A stretch of 64,000 bases of DNA, taken from contig JAMFSS010000009.1 in NCBI GenBank assembly GCA_026225415.1, positions 192,062 to 256,061 on the forward strand. Direction: 5' to 3'. Position 1 is the stretch's first letter; the number at the start of each line of letters is the position of its first letter. The position numbers were made by a program, and so were the translations under genes. Below the pieces are notes generated by a model. It was not told the DNA's origin. It did not search any database and saw only the letters and a list, made by a program, of their open reading frames with translations. This document shows positions 1 through 9,310 of the stretch, piece after piece. Origin of the DNA: Alphaproteobacteria bacterium. GTDB taxonomy: Bacteria; Pseudomonadota; Alphaproteobacteria; UBA9219.

Positions 1-58
1 TACCAAAACAGGACAACTTGCCATTCTATCCCTCTCTTTTGACCATAAGGATCATCCC

Positions 59-640
59 ATGACTGATATTATCAAATCACGCGCTTTGAAATCTTTGCAA
101 TTTGCCGCCTTGGCTTGCGCGCTTGTCACCGGCTCGTTGGCCGCTGCGCACCCTGCCATGGCGGACGGCGTGGAAGAGTTGAACACGGATTCCGACACCG
201 CCCTGAAGAACCTTATCGCGCATAATCCTTCCGCTGCCGAAGTGGCATCGCATGCCCGAGCGGTTCTGATTTTCCCGAATATCGTCAAGGCCGGCTTGAT
301 CTTTGGCGGCGCTTATGGCGAAGGCGAATTGAAGAAGGGCAATACGGTTGACGGTTATTACAACACGCTTTCGGCATCATGGGGTTTACAGGCGGGCGCG
401 CAATCTTACGGTTATGCCCTGTTCTTGATGAACGACAAGGCCGTTGCCTATCTGCACAAGACACATGGTTTGGAAATCGGCACCGGCCCCAATGTCGTTA
501 TCGTCAATGAAGGCGTTGCCAAGAATCTTTCGACATCGACATTGAAAGACGATGTGTACGCCTATGTGTTTGATCAACAAGGTTTGATGGCGGGCGTGGA
601 TATTGAAGGTACGAAGGTTTCGCACATTCATAATCCGTAA
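59..640 (+). CDS. SYLF/YSC84-like (DUF500) lipid-binding domain protein, secreted
   Basis: 193 aa ORF with an N-terminal signal peptide (LAACALVTGSLAAAHPAMA). Sequence resembles YSC84/SYLF family (GGAYGEGEL..., WGLQAGAQSYGY...). No strongly competing ORF. Confidence 0.6.
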   Translation: MTDIIKSRALKSLQFAALACALVTGSLAAAHPAMADGVEELNTDSDTALKNLIAHNPSAAEVASHARAVLIFPNIVKAGLIFGGAYGEGELKKGNTVDGYYNTLSASWGLQAGAQSYGYALFLMNDKAVAYLHKTHGLEIGTGPNVVIVNEGVAKNLSTSTLKDDVYAYVFDQQGLMAGVDIEGTKVSHIHNP

Positions 641-713
641 CCACCGTTATACGGGTGGACACCGGGAACTCGGGCGGTGTTCACCCGTTACTTTTTAAGG
701 GATTAGTAAAAAT

Positions 714-1799
714 ATGTCCTCACATTTTCGTCGTTACCTTCTGACAGGGCTGCCTTTGATGGCGGCCTTGTTGTCATATTCGGCTTATGCGGATGATCAG
801 GTTGCGCCTGTATCGGCGCCTGTTGCGTCCGCGCCTGCGCCGACGGAAGCGGGCCGCATCACTTTGATGGAAGAGGATGATTATTTCGCGTCGCATGATG
901 ACCGGCATTATACCGAAGGGGCGCGTGCGTCTTATCTATCGCCGCCCGTTACGCCCAATGGTTTTTGGGATCAGCCTTATGGATTTTTGGGCGACAATCT
1001 GCCGATTTTCGGCGGCGGCGACCGCAAGCGCAAATATGAAGCAACCATCGGCCAAAGCATTTTTACGCCGACCGATATTAACTCCCCCACACCGCCCGGC
1101 AATGACCGCCCCTATGCCGCGTGGCTTTATACGGGCGCCAGCCTTTTACAGGAGACCAAACATGATGGTTATAATACTTTGGAAAATGCTGAATTGCTGG
1201 GCGGGGTTGTGGGCCCCGATGCGGGCGGCGAAATCACCCAAAACGATTTCCACGCGCTGATCGAAGACAGCCCTGCGCGCGCATGGTCATACCAGATCCA
1301 TAATGAGCCGGGCATCATGGCGAGTTATGAAAAAAAATTCCGGTTTGAAGCGCCCGTGTCGGACAATTTCGGGTTCGACGCCATTCCCGAAGCGGGCGGC
1401 ACCGTCGGCAATGTGCTGACCTACGGCGAAGTGGGCGGCATGGTGCGCATGGGTAAAAATCTGGCGGCCGATTATGGGCAAGATCGTATCCGCCCCAGCC
1501 TGTCGGGCACCGCATGGTTTGACCCCGCGCAAATGCAAGGCCCCCTCGGCTGGTACGTCTTTGCCGGATCGCAAGGCCGCGCGATGGGGCGCAATATGTT
1601 CTTGCAGGGCAACAGTTTTGAAGACAGCCCACATGTGACCGAAAAACCTTTGGTGGCCGATTTTGTGGGCGGCGCGTCTTTGTTCTGGGCATCCGATATA
1701 CGTGTTGATTTAACCGTTACCCAACGCACAAGGGAATTTTACGACCAGCAAGGCCATCCCGACCGTTTTGGCGGCATCAATGTCGCCTTTGGGTTGTAA
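714..1799 (+). CDS. Lipid A 3-O-deacylase LpxR-family outer-membrane protein
   Basis: 361 aa with a signal peptide. The block GGVVGPDAGGEITQNDFHALI closely matches the conserved GVIGPDAGGQEVQNRAHRII block of Salmonella LpxR. An N-terminal D-rich YTEG motif is also present. Confidence 0.75.
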   Translation: MSSHFRRYLLTGLPLMAALLSYSAYADDQVAPVSAPVASAPAPTEAGRITLMEEDDYFASHDDRHYTEGARASYLSPPVTPNGFWDQPYGFLGDNLPIFGGGDRKRKYEATIGQSIFTPTDINSPTPPGNDRPYAAWLYTGASLLQETKHDGYNTLENAELLGGVVGPDAGGEITQNDFHALIEDSPARAWSYQIHNEPGIMASYEKKFRFEAPVSDNFGFDAIPEAGGTVGNVLTYGEVGGMVRMGKNLAADYGQDRIRPSLSGTAWFDPAQMQGPLGWYVFAGSQGRAMGRNMFLQGNSFEDSPHVTEKPLVADFVGGASLFWASDIRVDLTVTQRTREFYDQQGHPDRFGGINVAFGL

Positions 1800-2096
1800 T
1801 CCCGCTTTATCCTGAGGAAATATTTACGAATAGTGCCGCTTTCCCGCACTGCGTTTTTATTCGGGGCTCTTTACTTTGGTTTTCAGGAACAGGAAACAGA
1901 AAGGAACCCCGGTCATGACTCCTCTTTTACCCCCCGCTTGCTCGCGCCTTCCCCTTATCCCTGAAAACGAGATTTTGGCGATCGAAGTGGAAACGTTGAT
2001 GGTGCGGCCTAGCGTCGTTTGGCCTTCGCGTACGCGTTCTTTTGATGCCCCAGCTGCGCATCCTGTGTGGGCCAATCTGGCAAGGGAGGCATCATC

Positions 2097-2246
2097 ATGG
2101 ATGGGTATTTAGATTTCTGTGACGGCATCGTTATTTACGAAGACGAATTGCTGGACGAAAATTTTGACGAGATCGCCCCCGTCATCGACACCAATTTTCT
2201 GAGCCTTGCGCTCAATAAACCGCCGCAAACTATAAACATGCAATAG
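2097..2246 (+). CDS. small acidic hypothetical protein (49 aa)
   Basis: Not in the ORF track (<60 aa). A strong SD (GGGAGG) sits 6 nt upstream of the ATG at 2097. Translation is MDGYLDFCDGIVIYEDELLDENFDEIAPVIDTNFLSLALNKPPQTINMQ. It is followed immediately by a second RBS and ATG at 2257. Confidence 0.35.
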   Translation: MDGYLDFCDGIVIYEDELLDENFDEIAPVIDTNFLSLALNKPPQTINMQ

Positions 2247-2256
2247 GAGAAGCAAG

Positions 2257-2499
2257 ATGAGTGAAGCCGCAAGAAATTTAATGGCCCTTTTGATCGTCGT
2301 GATGATTGGGGTTTTGGCATGGAATGTTTTGACCATGCCCGATCACCGCAGCACCGGTCAACGCGTGGGCGATGCCATTGATGCGTTACCCAATGTGGGC
2401 AGGGCATCGAGCGAATTGCATGATCAGACGCCCGGCGAACGTTTGGGCGATTCCATCAAGAATGCCGGCCAAAAAGTCAAAGACCAGACCGCCAACTAA
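2257..2499 (+). CDS. hypothetical membrane-anchored small protein
   Basis: 80 aa with an N-terminal TM helix (LMALLIVVMIGVLAWNVL). AGGAGA RBS upstream. Confidence 0.5.
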   Translation: MSEAARNLMALLIVVMIGVLAWNVLTMPDHRSTGQRVGDAIDALPNVGRASSELHDQTPGERLGDSIKNAGQKVKDQTAN

Positions 2500-2515
2500 A
2501 CCATAAGGTGCAATA

Positions 2516-2875
2516 ATGCGTATACGATTGATGATGCTGCCGGTGCTGGCTTTGTTGGCGGCATGCGGCGATTCAGGGCATTTTGACGCCGACGGCAATT
2601 ACATAACGTCGGATTTTCAACAGCCGGCGCATGATAAATTACTGCCGCATTACAAGGATTATTCCGTCCCTTATACGCGCGCCGGCTATTATGATTATGA
2701 CGGCAATTACGTAACCGTTAACACAATGGCTTTGCCGTCGACATTGTTGCCGCCTGTTGGATTATGCCGTGTGTGGATAGCTGGACTGCCTGCGGACAGC
2801 GAACCACCGATTGAACCCTGTGACGGCATACAAAGCCGCTTGCCCGTGGGGGCTTATGTCATCTATGGCGGATAA
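2516..2875 (+). CDS. hypothetical lipoprotein
   Basis: 119 aa with a lipobox (LLAAC at the signal peptide end). No recognisable domain. Confidence 0.55.
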   Translation: MRIRLMMLPVLALLAACGDSGHFDADGNYITSDFQQPAHDKLLPHYKDYSVPYTRAGYYDYDGNYVTVNTMALPSTLLPPVGLCRVWIAGLPADSEPPIEPCDGIQSRLPVGAYVIYGG

Positions 2876-2966
2876 AAACGGGATAGGATAAGATGCAAAT
2901 GGCGCGCATAGAATAATATATGCGCGCCATGGTATTTTGTGCGTTTACGAAAAGGGATATAAGAAA

Positions 2967-3692
2967 ATGGCAACGCACCTGCATGAGGCAGACAAGGAAC
3001 GTGAACGCATACACAGGAATATGCTGTCGCTGGTATCGCATGATTTAAAAACGCCTTTGGCGACCATTATCGGTTCTTTGGAAATTTATACGCGCATGGA
3101 TACGCGCCTGACCGCCGAAAAAAAGGAAATGCTGGTCAATTCCGCGCTTAAGGAAGCCTATCGGCTTGACAGCTTTATCACCAACATCCTTGATCTGGCC
3201 AAACTTGAAAATGATATGGTCAGGATTAATACCGAAATGTGCGACCTGAGCCTTGTCATCAATGATTGCATCACGCGTCTGGGGCCCAAGGCAGCCAGCG
3301 TGGCATTTGATTTGAAAGGCACTTCGGCGCCCGTGATGGTGCGCACCGACCCGATGTTATTGGGTCGGGCGATTGGTATTTTGTTGGACAACGCCATTAA
3401 ATATGCCGGCACGCAAACCCATATCACCATTGAATATGGCAGCCAGGATGATCTGGCGCATGTCACCATCCGCGATAATGGCCCCGGCGTTCCGCAAGAC
3501 AGGTTGGAGGATATCTTTTCCAAATATACGCGCTTTTCCACCGCCGACCACCAGAATGCCGGAACGGGTTTGGGTTTAACCATTTGCCGTTTGATGATGA
3601 GATTATTGAATGGCAGCGTAACCGCGTTAGGGAAAAAAGATGCCGAAAAGGGCGCGGAATTTACTTTGCGGTTTTCGGCGGCGTTGGATTGA
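2967..3692 (+). CDS. soluble sensor histidine kinase (HisKA + HATPase_c only)
   Basis: H-box LVSHDLKTPL, N-box DNAIKYA and G-boxes DNGPGV / GTGLGL. No TM or sensor domain. RBS AAGGGA before the ATG at 2967. Confidence 0.8.
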   Translation: MATHLHEADKERERIHRNMLSLVSHDLKTPLATIIGSLEIYTRMDTRLTAEKKEMLVNSALKEAYRLDSFITNILDLAKLENDMVRINTEMCDLSLVINDCITRLGPKAASVAFDLKGTSAPVMVRTDPMLLGRAIGILLDNAIKYAGTQTHITIEYGSQDDLAHVTIRDNGPGVPQDRLEDIFSKYTRFSTADHQNAGTGLGLTICRLMMRLLNGSVTALGKKDAEKGAEFTLRFSAALD

Positions 3693-3805
3693 ATAAACGG
3701 GCAAAGGCGGACACGAAAAAATGCGGAGTTCGTGGAGCTGCATCTGTTGCGATTGCAACAAGTTGTAGTTCCACGCTCCGCATTTTTGTTTATTGAGTTG
3801 AAGGT

Positions 3806-3991
3806 TCAGGATAACGGTGTTGGGGGTCGGCGGCCGCTGATGACGCTGTAGATCAGGCTGGCGATAAACAGCACGACGAAGATAAGCGCGAGGAATTTGG
3901 CGATGCTGGCGAATTCCGCCGCCATGCCGCCAAAGCCCAGAAACGCCGCAAGAACGGCAAGGATAAAGAAAGTGATGACGTAATTTAACAT
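3806..3991 (-). CDS. DUF1328 (UPF0391) small membrane protein
   Basis: MLNYVITFFILAVLAAFLGFGGMAAEFASIAKFLALIFVVLFIASLIY matches the DUF1328 pattern, a typical general-stress-regulon member. Confidence 0.75.
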   Translation of the reverse strand: MLNYVITFFILAVLAAFLGFGGMAAEFASIAKFLALIFVVLFIASLIYSVISGRRPPTPLS

Positions 3992-4119
3992 GATGAGCCT
4001 CCAACCTTTTCTTGAATGTTTATTTCCTGGAAGCATGGTAGGGGCAGCCAAATAATTTTTCAGTGCCGCCCCGGCCAGGGAATGATCATGTTTCCCTAAA
4101 GGAATTTTTTTATGTTCCC

Positions 4120-4749
4120 TTAATGCGGCAATTCGGGTTTACCCTGATGCGCCACCAACAGATCATGCATGTCATTGGCATGTTCTTCTTCTTTTTCCAG
4201 AATGCCTTCCAGCATGCGGCGCGTGGTGGGATCCTTATCGCGGAAAAATTCGATGAGTTCGCGGTAATGTTCGCAGGCGATACGTTCGGCGACCAGATTT
4301 TCCTTGATCATATCCACCAAAGTTTCCGTATCCACATATTGCGAGGCGGCGCGCGATGTTAATGTGGCGGGATTGAAATCCGGCTTACCGCCCAACTGGT
4401 TGATACGTTCGCCGACCAGCTGAACATGAACCTGTTCTTCGTTGGCGTGGGTTGAGAATTCTTCCTTGATCGATTCACTGGCGATGCCGGCCGCCGCAAT
4501 CGCGTTCATGGTGTAACGCAGGACGCAGACGATTTCGGTCGCGAGAACCGATTGCAGAATGTTGATGGTTTGTTCAGGATCGCCTTTATAGGCCGGGGTT
4601 ATGGCGCCCTTGGCCAGATCCTGGCGCGCTTTTTCGCGCAGTTTTATCACATCGGTTAAAAAGGGTTTGTCGCGGTTGGCCGGTTTCGGCGTTTCACGTT
4701 GTTCGGTGGAAACGGTTTCAAGCGCTGGTTTCATTGGATTTTCTTTCAC
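4120..4749 (-). CDS. ferritin-like diiron protein (bacterioferritin/Dps superfamily)
   Basis: 209 aa with ferritin-like four-helix-bundle motifs (ExxH-type pairs: EEQVHVQLVGERI, EKEEEHANDMHDLL). Confidence 0.65.
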   Translation of the reverse strand: MKENPMKPALETVSTEQRETPKPANRDKPFLTDVIKLREKARQDLAKGAITPAYKGDPEQTINILQSVLATEIVCVLRYTMNAIAAAGIASESIKEEFSTHANEEQVHVQLVGERINQLGGKPDFNPATLTSRAASQYVDTETLVDMIKENLVAERIACEHYRELIEFFRDKDPTTRRMLEGILEKEEEHANDMHDLLVAHQGKPELPH

Positions 4750-4846
4750 GCATAAGGGGTTTGGGAGGCATGCCTATTTTATAAATTCTTCCGCACAAAA
4801 ACTCCATGCGACGGCGGCGCCTTTATATAAAAAAACGGTAAGGCCT

Positions 4847-7504
4847 TTACATATCCGGTTTTAAATCTTCATGCGGGATGTGCGCTTCAGGATGATGCAG
4901 ACCGGGCGGTGGTGATGTGTAGTTGTGCTGCGCCGCTTCCTTTTTTTTAAAATCCTGCCATTGCTGGTTTCTCTGGCTGGTGACAAAGGAAGCCGGATCA
5001 CCGGATTTTTTGGTAAGCGCAAAGGGTAAAATCCCCAAACCTGCGAAATTCGTTTTTGTATTGGCGGCCACGCTATGCATAGCCGTTCCTGGCGCCGTTT
5101 TGGTTGTTGCGGCTTTTACCGTTCCTTTTACCGCAGCAGCAGAAGCGGAAGCATGTGCGGTGCCCATCCCCGGCATTGCCACATGCCCCGGGGCGGCCAT
5201 CGCCGCGCTGTGCGTATGCAACATGCTATTGCCGAAGGAATGCCCTGCTGCTGCATGTGCGGTGGGCATTGTCACCCAATCCGCGCTTTTTATCGCGCCA
5301 TTCCTTATATCCGAATGGACGCCATGCATGATATCCGCATGTGCCACGGCATGATGCGGGAATAAATCGACGGCATGGAAGATGTCATGCGCGGGGTTTC
5401 CAGAATTCTGGTTTTGGTTATCATTATTGTCATCTCCTTCGCGACCGCGGGTTTCGTCGTGCGATGAAGATTGTTGTTCCTGACGGTCGTTTCCTGATCT
5501 GTCATTGCCTTCGTCGCGGGATGAATCCGGCTCTTCGCGACGACCTTCATCGCGCGATTCATCACGCGGATTATCTTGTTGGGAATCCTGGCGGTTATCA
5601 TCGCTCCTATCCTCGTTACGCGGTTCGTCATTACGATTTTCGTTCGTATTATCATTGCGGTTATCATTACCCTGATTAGCTTCGCTTTGCCTGTTATCCT
5701 GCGTGTCTTCATTGCGCGTTTGCTGATTGTCTTGCGACGCATTCTGGTCTGGCTGTTGGGTATTATTGTCTGGCGAGGTATTTTCATTGCCAGAGGCTTG
5801 GTTACGTGCGGGCTCATTCGCAGTCGGTTCGTTTATCGTTGGTTCGTTTGTGACTGGTTCGTTTGTCGTTGGTTCATTCGTGACAGGTTCGTTTACCCTC
5901 GGTTCATTTGTGACTGGCTCGTTTATTGTCGGTTCATTGGCCACAGTTTCGGTTGCCACAGGTTCGTTAACCACAGCTTCATTAACGCGTGGCTCCACAA
6001 CAACCGGTTCATTCGTTACGGGTTCCTGATACGGTTCCGCGACTATTTGCGTGTTGTTATCGGCAATTTCGGACGCCGCGCGTGGTTCGACCAGTTCGAC
6101 ATTTTGCGCGTTTGGTTCATTGCCTGTCGATGTGTTTTGCCCGGCTTCTGCATTAACAACCACCTGCCCGTCTGCCAATTCGGTGGCGGGCACAAGGATT
6201 TCATTCGACGCCTGTTCCACCGTCGCCAAAACATCGGGGGTAACGACGGTATTTGGTGCATCCTCGCTGGCTGAACCGCTTTCCAATTCATCTGTGTCCT
6301 GTACCGGAAAGGCAGGATTGATGCGTGCCGGATAGGCTGGCGCGGCATTGGCAGGCCCCGCCGCCCCTTGGGAGATGGGCATGAAATCGGTATAGCCCGA
6401 CGTGCTTGTATTGGGGATGGCCACGGCCAGGCTTTGGAGCCCTTCGGGCATTTGGTCGCCGATCTGTTGCGCGGCCTGTTCCGTTGGCACAGGGATAATG
6501 GGCACAATAACAGTATCCGGCCGTTTCGGTTGGCCGTTATTCGCCTGAAGCAATTCAGCCTGTGTCGCGACTTCCAATTTGGCCAGATTGTTTAGGCTTT
6601 GCATTCCGCCTTTTTTATCATCTTCGCGTTTTTGTGCTTCCTGCAAAACCGTCAGGCGGCGTTTTTCATCGTCATCCCTTTTCTGGAAGAATTGTTGTTG
6701 CTCGTGGAATTTTTTGTTTCTTAGCTTTTCTTCTTCCTGAAAAACAAGGCCGGCTGCTATGGCTGCGGCTTCGGCTTTTAAAATGGGGTGGCCGCCATTT
6801 TCATCCCTGACATAAAGGCCATAAGGATAATCGATGCGTGTTAAATAAGGCGGCACCGGCGGCAAATTAGGCGAGCGCAAAGCAGGCAAGCTTGTATCCG
6901 GCGGATTTAAAACAAGGTCGCGCGCGTCCATATCCGGTTTGTCTTTTTCATTGACATTAAACACCGATGCCCCGCCCATACCCATGGGGCGGCTGTCCCG
7001 AAAAGCATTTTGCAAAGGCAAAAGCGGTTGGCACAGAACCATTAAACCTGACGGAATTCCCATATCGGCCATAATCGCGCCGTCGCTGTCGGGCGGCACA
7101 TCGTAACGCACAAGGGTGTTTTCTTTGGTATCGAATGTCGCCAGCACCGCTTTTTCGGTCGGCACAGGCAAGGCGGTTGGCATCAACCGGGTGCGGCTGG
7201 ATGAAACGCGCACAAGGATTTGCTCGGTTGTTTGCGGCATATCCTGAACGACATTATCAATCATGTTCCATAAACGCCGCGCCTGACGCCCATCGTCATT
7301 TGTTTTGGGCCAGAAACGCGCCAGATCGTTTTTGACACGTTTATGCGATGTGATCACATCCCGTTCAAACGGATGTTGCCCCAGAAGATCGATATAACGC
7401 CCCAGCGGCGCGTCAAATTTTTCCTGTTCGACCATGACCGTATTTTGCATGTCGATATCAGGATCTGGCCGCGCCTTGGTCAGGATGGGTTGATCGGTAT
7501 TCAT
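4847..7504 (-). CDS. large low-complexity protein: globular N-terminal domain, Pro-rich and acidic/N-Q-rich disordered regions, about 20 copies of a 5-aa NEP(V/T)x repeat, His-rich C-terminus
   Basis: Uninterrupted 2.7 kb ORF on the minus strand. The ATG at 7504 (MNTDQPIL) is preceded by AAAGGAAC. No signal peptide. The repeat block is encoded by 15-bp tandem DNA repeats. Confidence 0.6.
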   Translation of the reverse strand: MNTDQPILTKARPDPDIDMQNTVMVEQEKFDAPLGRYIDLLGQHPFERDVITSHKRVKNDLARFWPKTNDDGRQARRLWNMIDNVVQDMPQTTEQILVRVSSSRTRLMPTALPVPTEKAVLATFDTKENTLVRYDVPPDSDGAIMADMGIPSGLMVLCQPLLPLQNAFRDSRPMGMGGASVFNVNEKDKPDMDARDLVLNPPDTSLPALRSPNLPPVPPYLTRIDYPYGLYVRDENGGHPILKAEAAAIAAGLVFQEEEKLRNKKFHEQQQFFQKRDDDEKRRLTVLQEAQKREDDKKGGMQSLNNLAKLEVATQAELLQANNGQPKRPDTVIVPIIPVPTEQAAQQIGDQMPEGLQSLAVAIPNTSTSGYTDFMPISQGAAGPANAAPAYPARINPAFPVQDTDELESGSASEDAPNTVVTPDVLATVEQASNEILVPATELADGQVVVNAEAGQNTSTGNEPNAQNVELVEPRAASEIADNNTQIVAEPYQEPVTNEPVVVEPRVNEAVVNEPVATETVANEPTINEPVTNEPRVNEPVTNEPTTNEPVTNEPTINEPTANEPARNQASGNENTSPDNNTQQPDQNASQDNQQTRNEDTQDNRQSEANQGNDNRNDNTNENRNDEPRNEDRSDDNRQDSQQDNPRDESRDEGRREEPDSSRDEGNDRSGNDRQEQQSSSHDETRGREGDDNNDNQNQNSGNPAHDIFHAVDLFPHHAVAHADIMHGVHSDIRNGAIKSADWVTMPTAHAAAGHSFGNSMLHTHSAAMAAPGHVAMPGMGTAHASASAAAVKGTVKAATTKTAPGTAMHSVAANTKTNFAGLGILPFALTKKSGDPASFVTSQRNQQWQDFKKKEAAQHNYTSPPPGLHHPEAHIPHEDLKPDM
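5815..6010 (-). repeat. coding 15-bp tandem repeat (consensus ggttcgtttgtgact on the + strand), about 12-13 units, encoding NEPVT-type pentapeptides
   Basis: Direct reading of the sequence. The units vary at wobble and second positions but keep the reading frame. Confidence 0.85.
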
Positions 7505-7617
7505 GATAACCGTTCCTTTTGATTGATAGCCCGTACAATCAAGGAAAACGCCCTGTAAAAACAATCATGCTTTTAGGGGGCGCATATAAAGATCCGGTAA
7601 ATTCAGGGTCTTAACCT

Positions 7618-7860
7618 TTATCTGTCCCAAACGGGTTTGCCCAAATCAACCTGTCTATCACTAGTTAAACCGCCTGCAGCACCACCCACCGCCGCGCCCA
7701 CAGCCGCACCCGCCACAGGGTTGCCGACCAATGCACCGCCAATGGCGCCACCCGCAGCCCCCAGACCGGCGCCACTGACGACGCGATCGCCCGTGTCATG
7801 CCCACACGCGGCAAGCATCAGCAGGCAGAACAGGGAAACAAGACGCGAAGATGTTTTCAT
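7618..7860 (-). CDS. glycine-zipper (17 kDa antigen / SlyB-like) outer-membrane lipoprotein
   Basis: MKTSSRLVSLFCLLMLAACG lipobox followed by GxxxGxxxG repeats (GAGLGAAGGAIGGALVG...). Confidence 0.7.
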   Translation of the reverse strand: MKTSSRLVSLFCLLMLAACGHDTGDRVVSGAGLGAAGGAIGGALVGNPVAGAAVGAAVGGAAGGLTSDRQVDLGKPVWDR

Positions 7861-8081
7861 GATGATCCTCATTTTTTATGAGAAGTATTTTCGGCAAGCA
7901 TGTATCGGGTGATGAAAAGAGTCTATGTCGTTGCGGGCAAAAAATAATAAAAAATACGCAACGTCACTTATTTTACGTAAAACTTATTTTTCACCCCCTC
8001 ATCACCCATCGCAGAAAAATAAGGGTGTTTTTAAATTGACCTTCCCGTTCTCTACTTAAACTCAAGCAAACAGGTGATGTT

Positions 8082-8165
8082 ATGAAACTCGGTGGTGGAA
8101 TTCTTTTATGGCTTCTGGGCGTGCCCTTGCCCATCCTTCTTCTTATCGCTCTTTTTTCGCGTTAA
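8082..8165 (+). CDS. 27-aa hydrophobic peptide (MKLGGGILLWLLGVPLPILLLIALFSR)
   Basis: Not in the ORF track. AGGTGA SD 7 nt upstream. Lies immediately upstream of the membrane protein gene. Speculative. Confidence 0.3.
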   Translation: MKLGGGILLWLLGVPLPILLLIALFSR

Positions 8166-8188
8166 TCCCCTTATCCAAGGAACAGACA

Positions 8189-9106
8189 ATGACAATGCAA
8201 TCACCCTATGCGCCACCTGCGCCCCTTCACGATCATTCGCACACCCATGAATCGAACATCTCTGGCGTTAGCTGGGGCGCGGTTATTGCCGGCGGTTTTG
8301 CCGCCATGGCCGTTTCGGTTGTTCTGGTGATTTTGGGCAGCGGACTTGGCCTTTCCGCGTTTTCGCCATCCTCACAGGCTTCTGCCTTTCCTATGAAAGC
8401 GGCCTTGTGGATTGTCTTTACGCAATGGATCGCGTCCGGTTTCGGCGGTTATATCGCAGGCCGTTTGCGCACCAAATGGGTGCAAATCCATGATGATGAA
8501 ATTATGTTCCGGGATTCGGCACATGGTTTTCTGGCCTGGTCTTTGGCAACGGTTGTCGCCGCTTTTCTTACGTTTTCTGTTGCCACCATGATTGTGGGTG
8601 GCGGTTTGAAAGCAGCGACACCTGTTGTGGCTGCGGGAGCCGCCGGATCGGCGCACGAAATGGCAAAACCGGGCGCGCGTTTCAATGCAGGCGACGGTTA
8701 TTATGTCGATCTTCTGGTGCGCCCTTCGGCCACCACCAATGCGGCGCCTGTGAATGCGCAGGATTCAAATGCGGAAATCACGCGCATTTTATGGCAGGGC
8801 GCGAAAAATGGCGGTGTCTCGGATGACGACAAAGCCTATCTGGCGAAAGTTGTTGCCGCCCGCACAGGCATCAGCGATCAGGAAGCCAATGACCGCGTCA
8901 ACACCACCTTGCAGAAAATAAATGATGACAAGGAAACGGCCAAACAGAAAGCCGAAGCAGCCCGCAAGGCAAGTATGCATATGGCTTTTTATATGGCGTT
9001 CGCACTGGCTATCGGCGCGTTTATCGCCAGCATCGCGTCGGTTCTGGGTGGTCGTTTGCGTGATGAATATCATGCGGAATATCACGCCGCCAAGCGCGTT
9101 GTGTAA
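8189..9106 (+). CDS. hypothetical polytopic membrane protein
   Basis: Several TM helices. Start taken at MTMQSPY (AAGGAACAGA upstream). No family recognised. Confidence 0.55.
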   Translation: MTMQSPYAPPAPLHDHSHTHESNISGVSWGAVIAGGFAAMAVSVVLVILGSGLGLSAFSPSSQASAFPMKAALWIVFTQWIASGFGGYIAGRLRTKWVQIHDDEIMFRDSAHGFLAWSLATVVAAFLTFSVATMIVGGGLKAATPVVAAGAAGSAHEMAKPGARFNAGDGYYVDLLVRPSATTNAAPVNAQDSNAEITRILWQGAKNGGVSDDDKAYLAKVVAARTGISDQEANDRVNTTLQKINDDKETAKQKAEAARKASMHMAFYMAFALAIGAFIASIASVLGGRLRDEYHAEYHAAKRVV

Positions 9107-9125
9107 TTTCCAACGAGTCTAAAAA

Positions 9126-9159
9126 TCACGGCGTGCCCCAACAGGGCACGCCGTTTTTG
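9126..9159 (+). terminator. rho-independent terminator
   Basis: cacggcgtgcccc-aaca-ggggcacgccg stem followed by TTTTTGT. Confidence 0.7.
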
Positions 9160-9310
9160 TATGCCCGCGCCCCGGGGCTCCGACAAGGCGCAAACTTACA
9201 CGCCGCTAACTTATAGAGGCCTACTGCCAAGGTGAATCCTTATCCGCGCGCTGTCATTGTCCCTTTGCACTCATGAAGGGTGCTGGTAACTCTTTCCAAG
9301 GAGATTTCTT

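Noticed and set aside
1876-2112. 78-aa ORF upstream of the small-protein pair
   Set aside because: No RBS. It overlaps the better-supported 2097-2246 ORF in another frame and has Pro/Arg-rich composition typical of out-of-frame GC-rich DNA.
5815-6010. Regularly spaced 15-bp direct repeats that might be mistaken for a CRISPR array
   Set aside because: Repeats are contiguous with no spacers, keep a reading frame and encode NEPVT pentapeptides inside a long ORF. No cas genes nearby.
5576-6274. 232-aa plus-strand ORF (and neighbours 5075-5365, 5104-5331, 5341-5679, 5727-6029) rich in R/F/I/W
   Set aside because: These are antisense to the long minus-strand repeat protein. The ORFs arise from the repetitive, stop-poor sequence, with no RBS and nonsensical composition.
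8108-8188. ORF-track start (MASGRALAHP…) for the membrane protein
   Set aside because: This N-terminal extension overlaps the RBS-supported 27-aa peptide ORF in a different frame and has no SD. The internal start at 8189 has AAGGAACAGA upstream.
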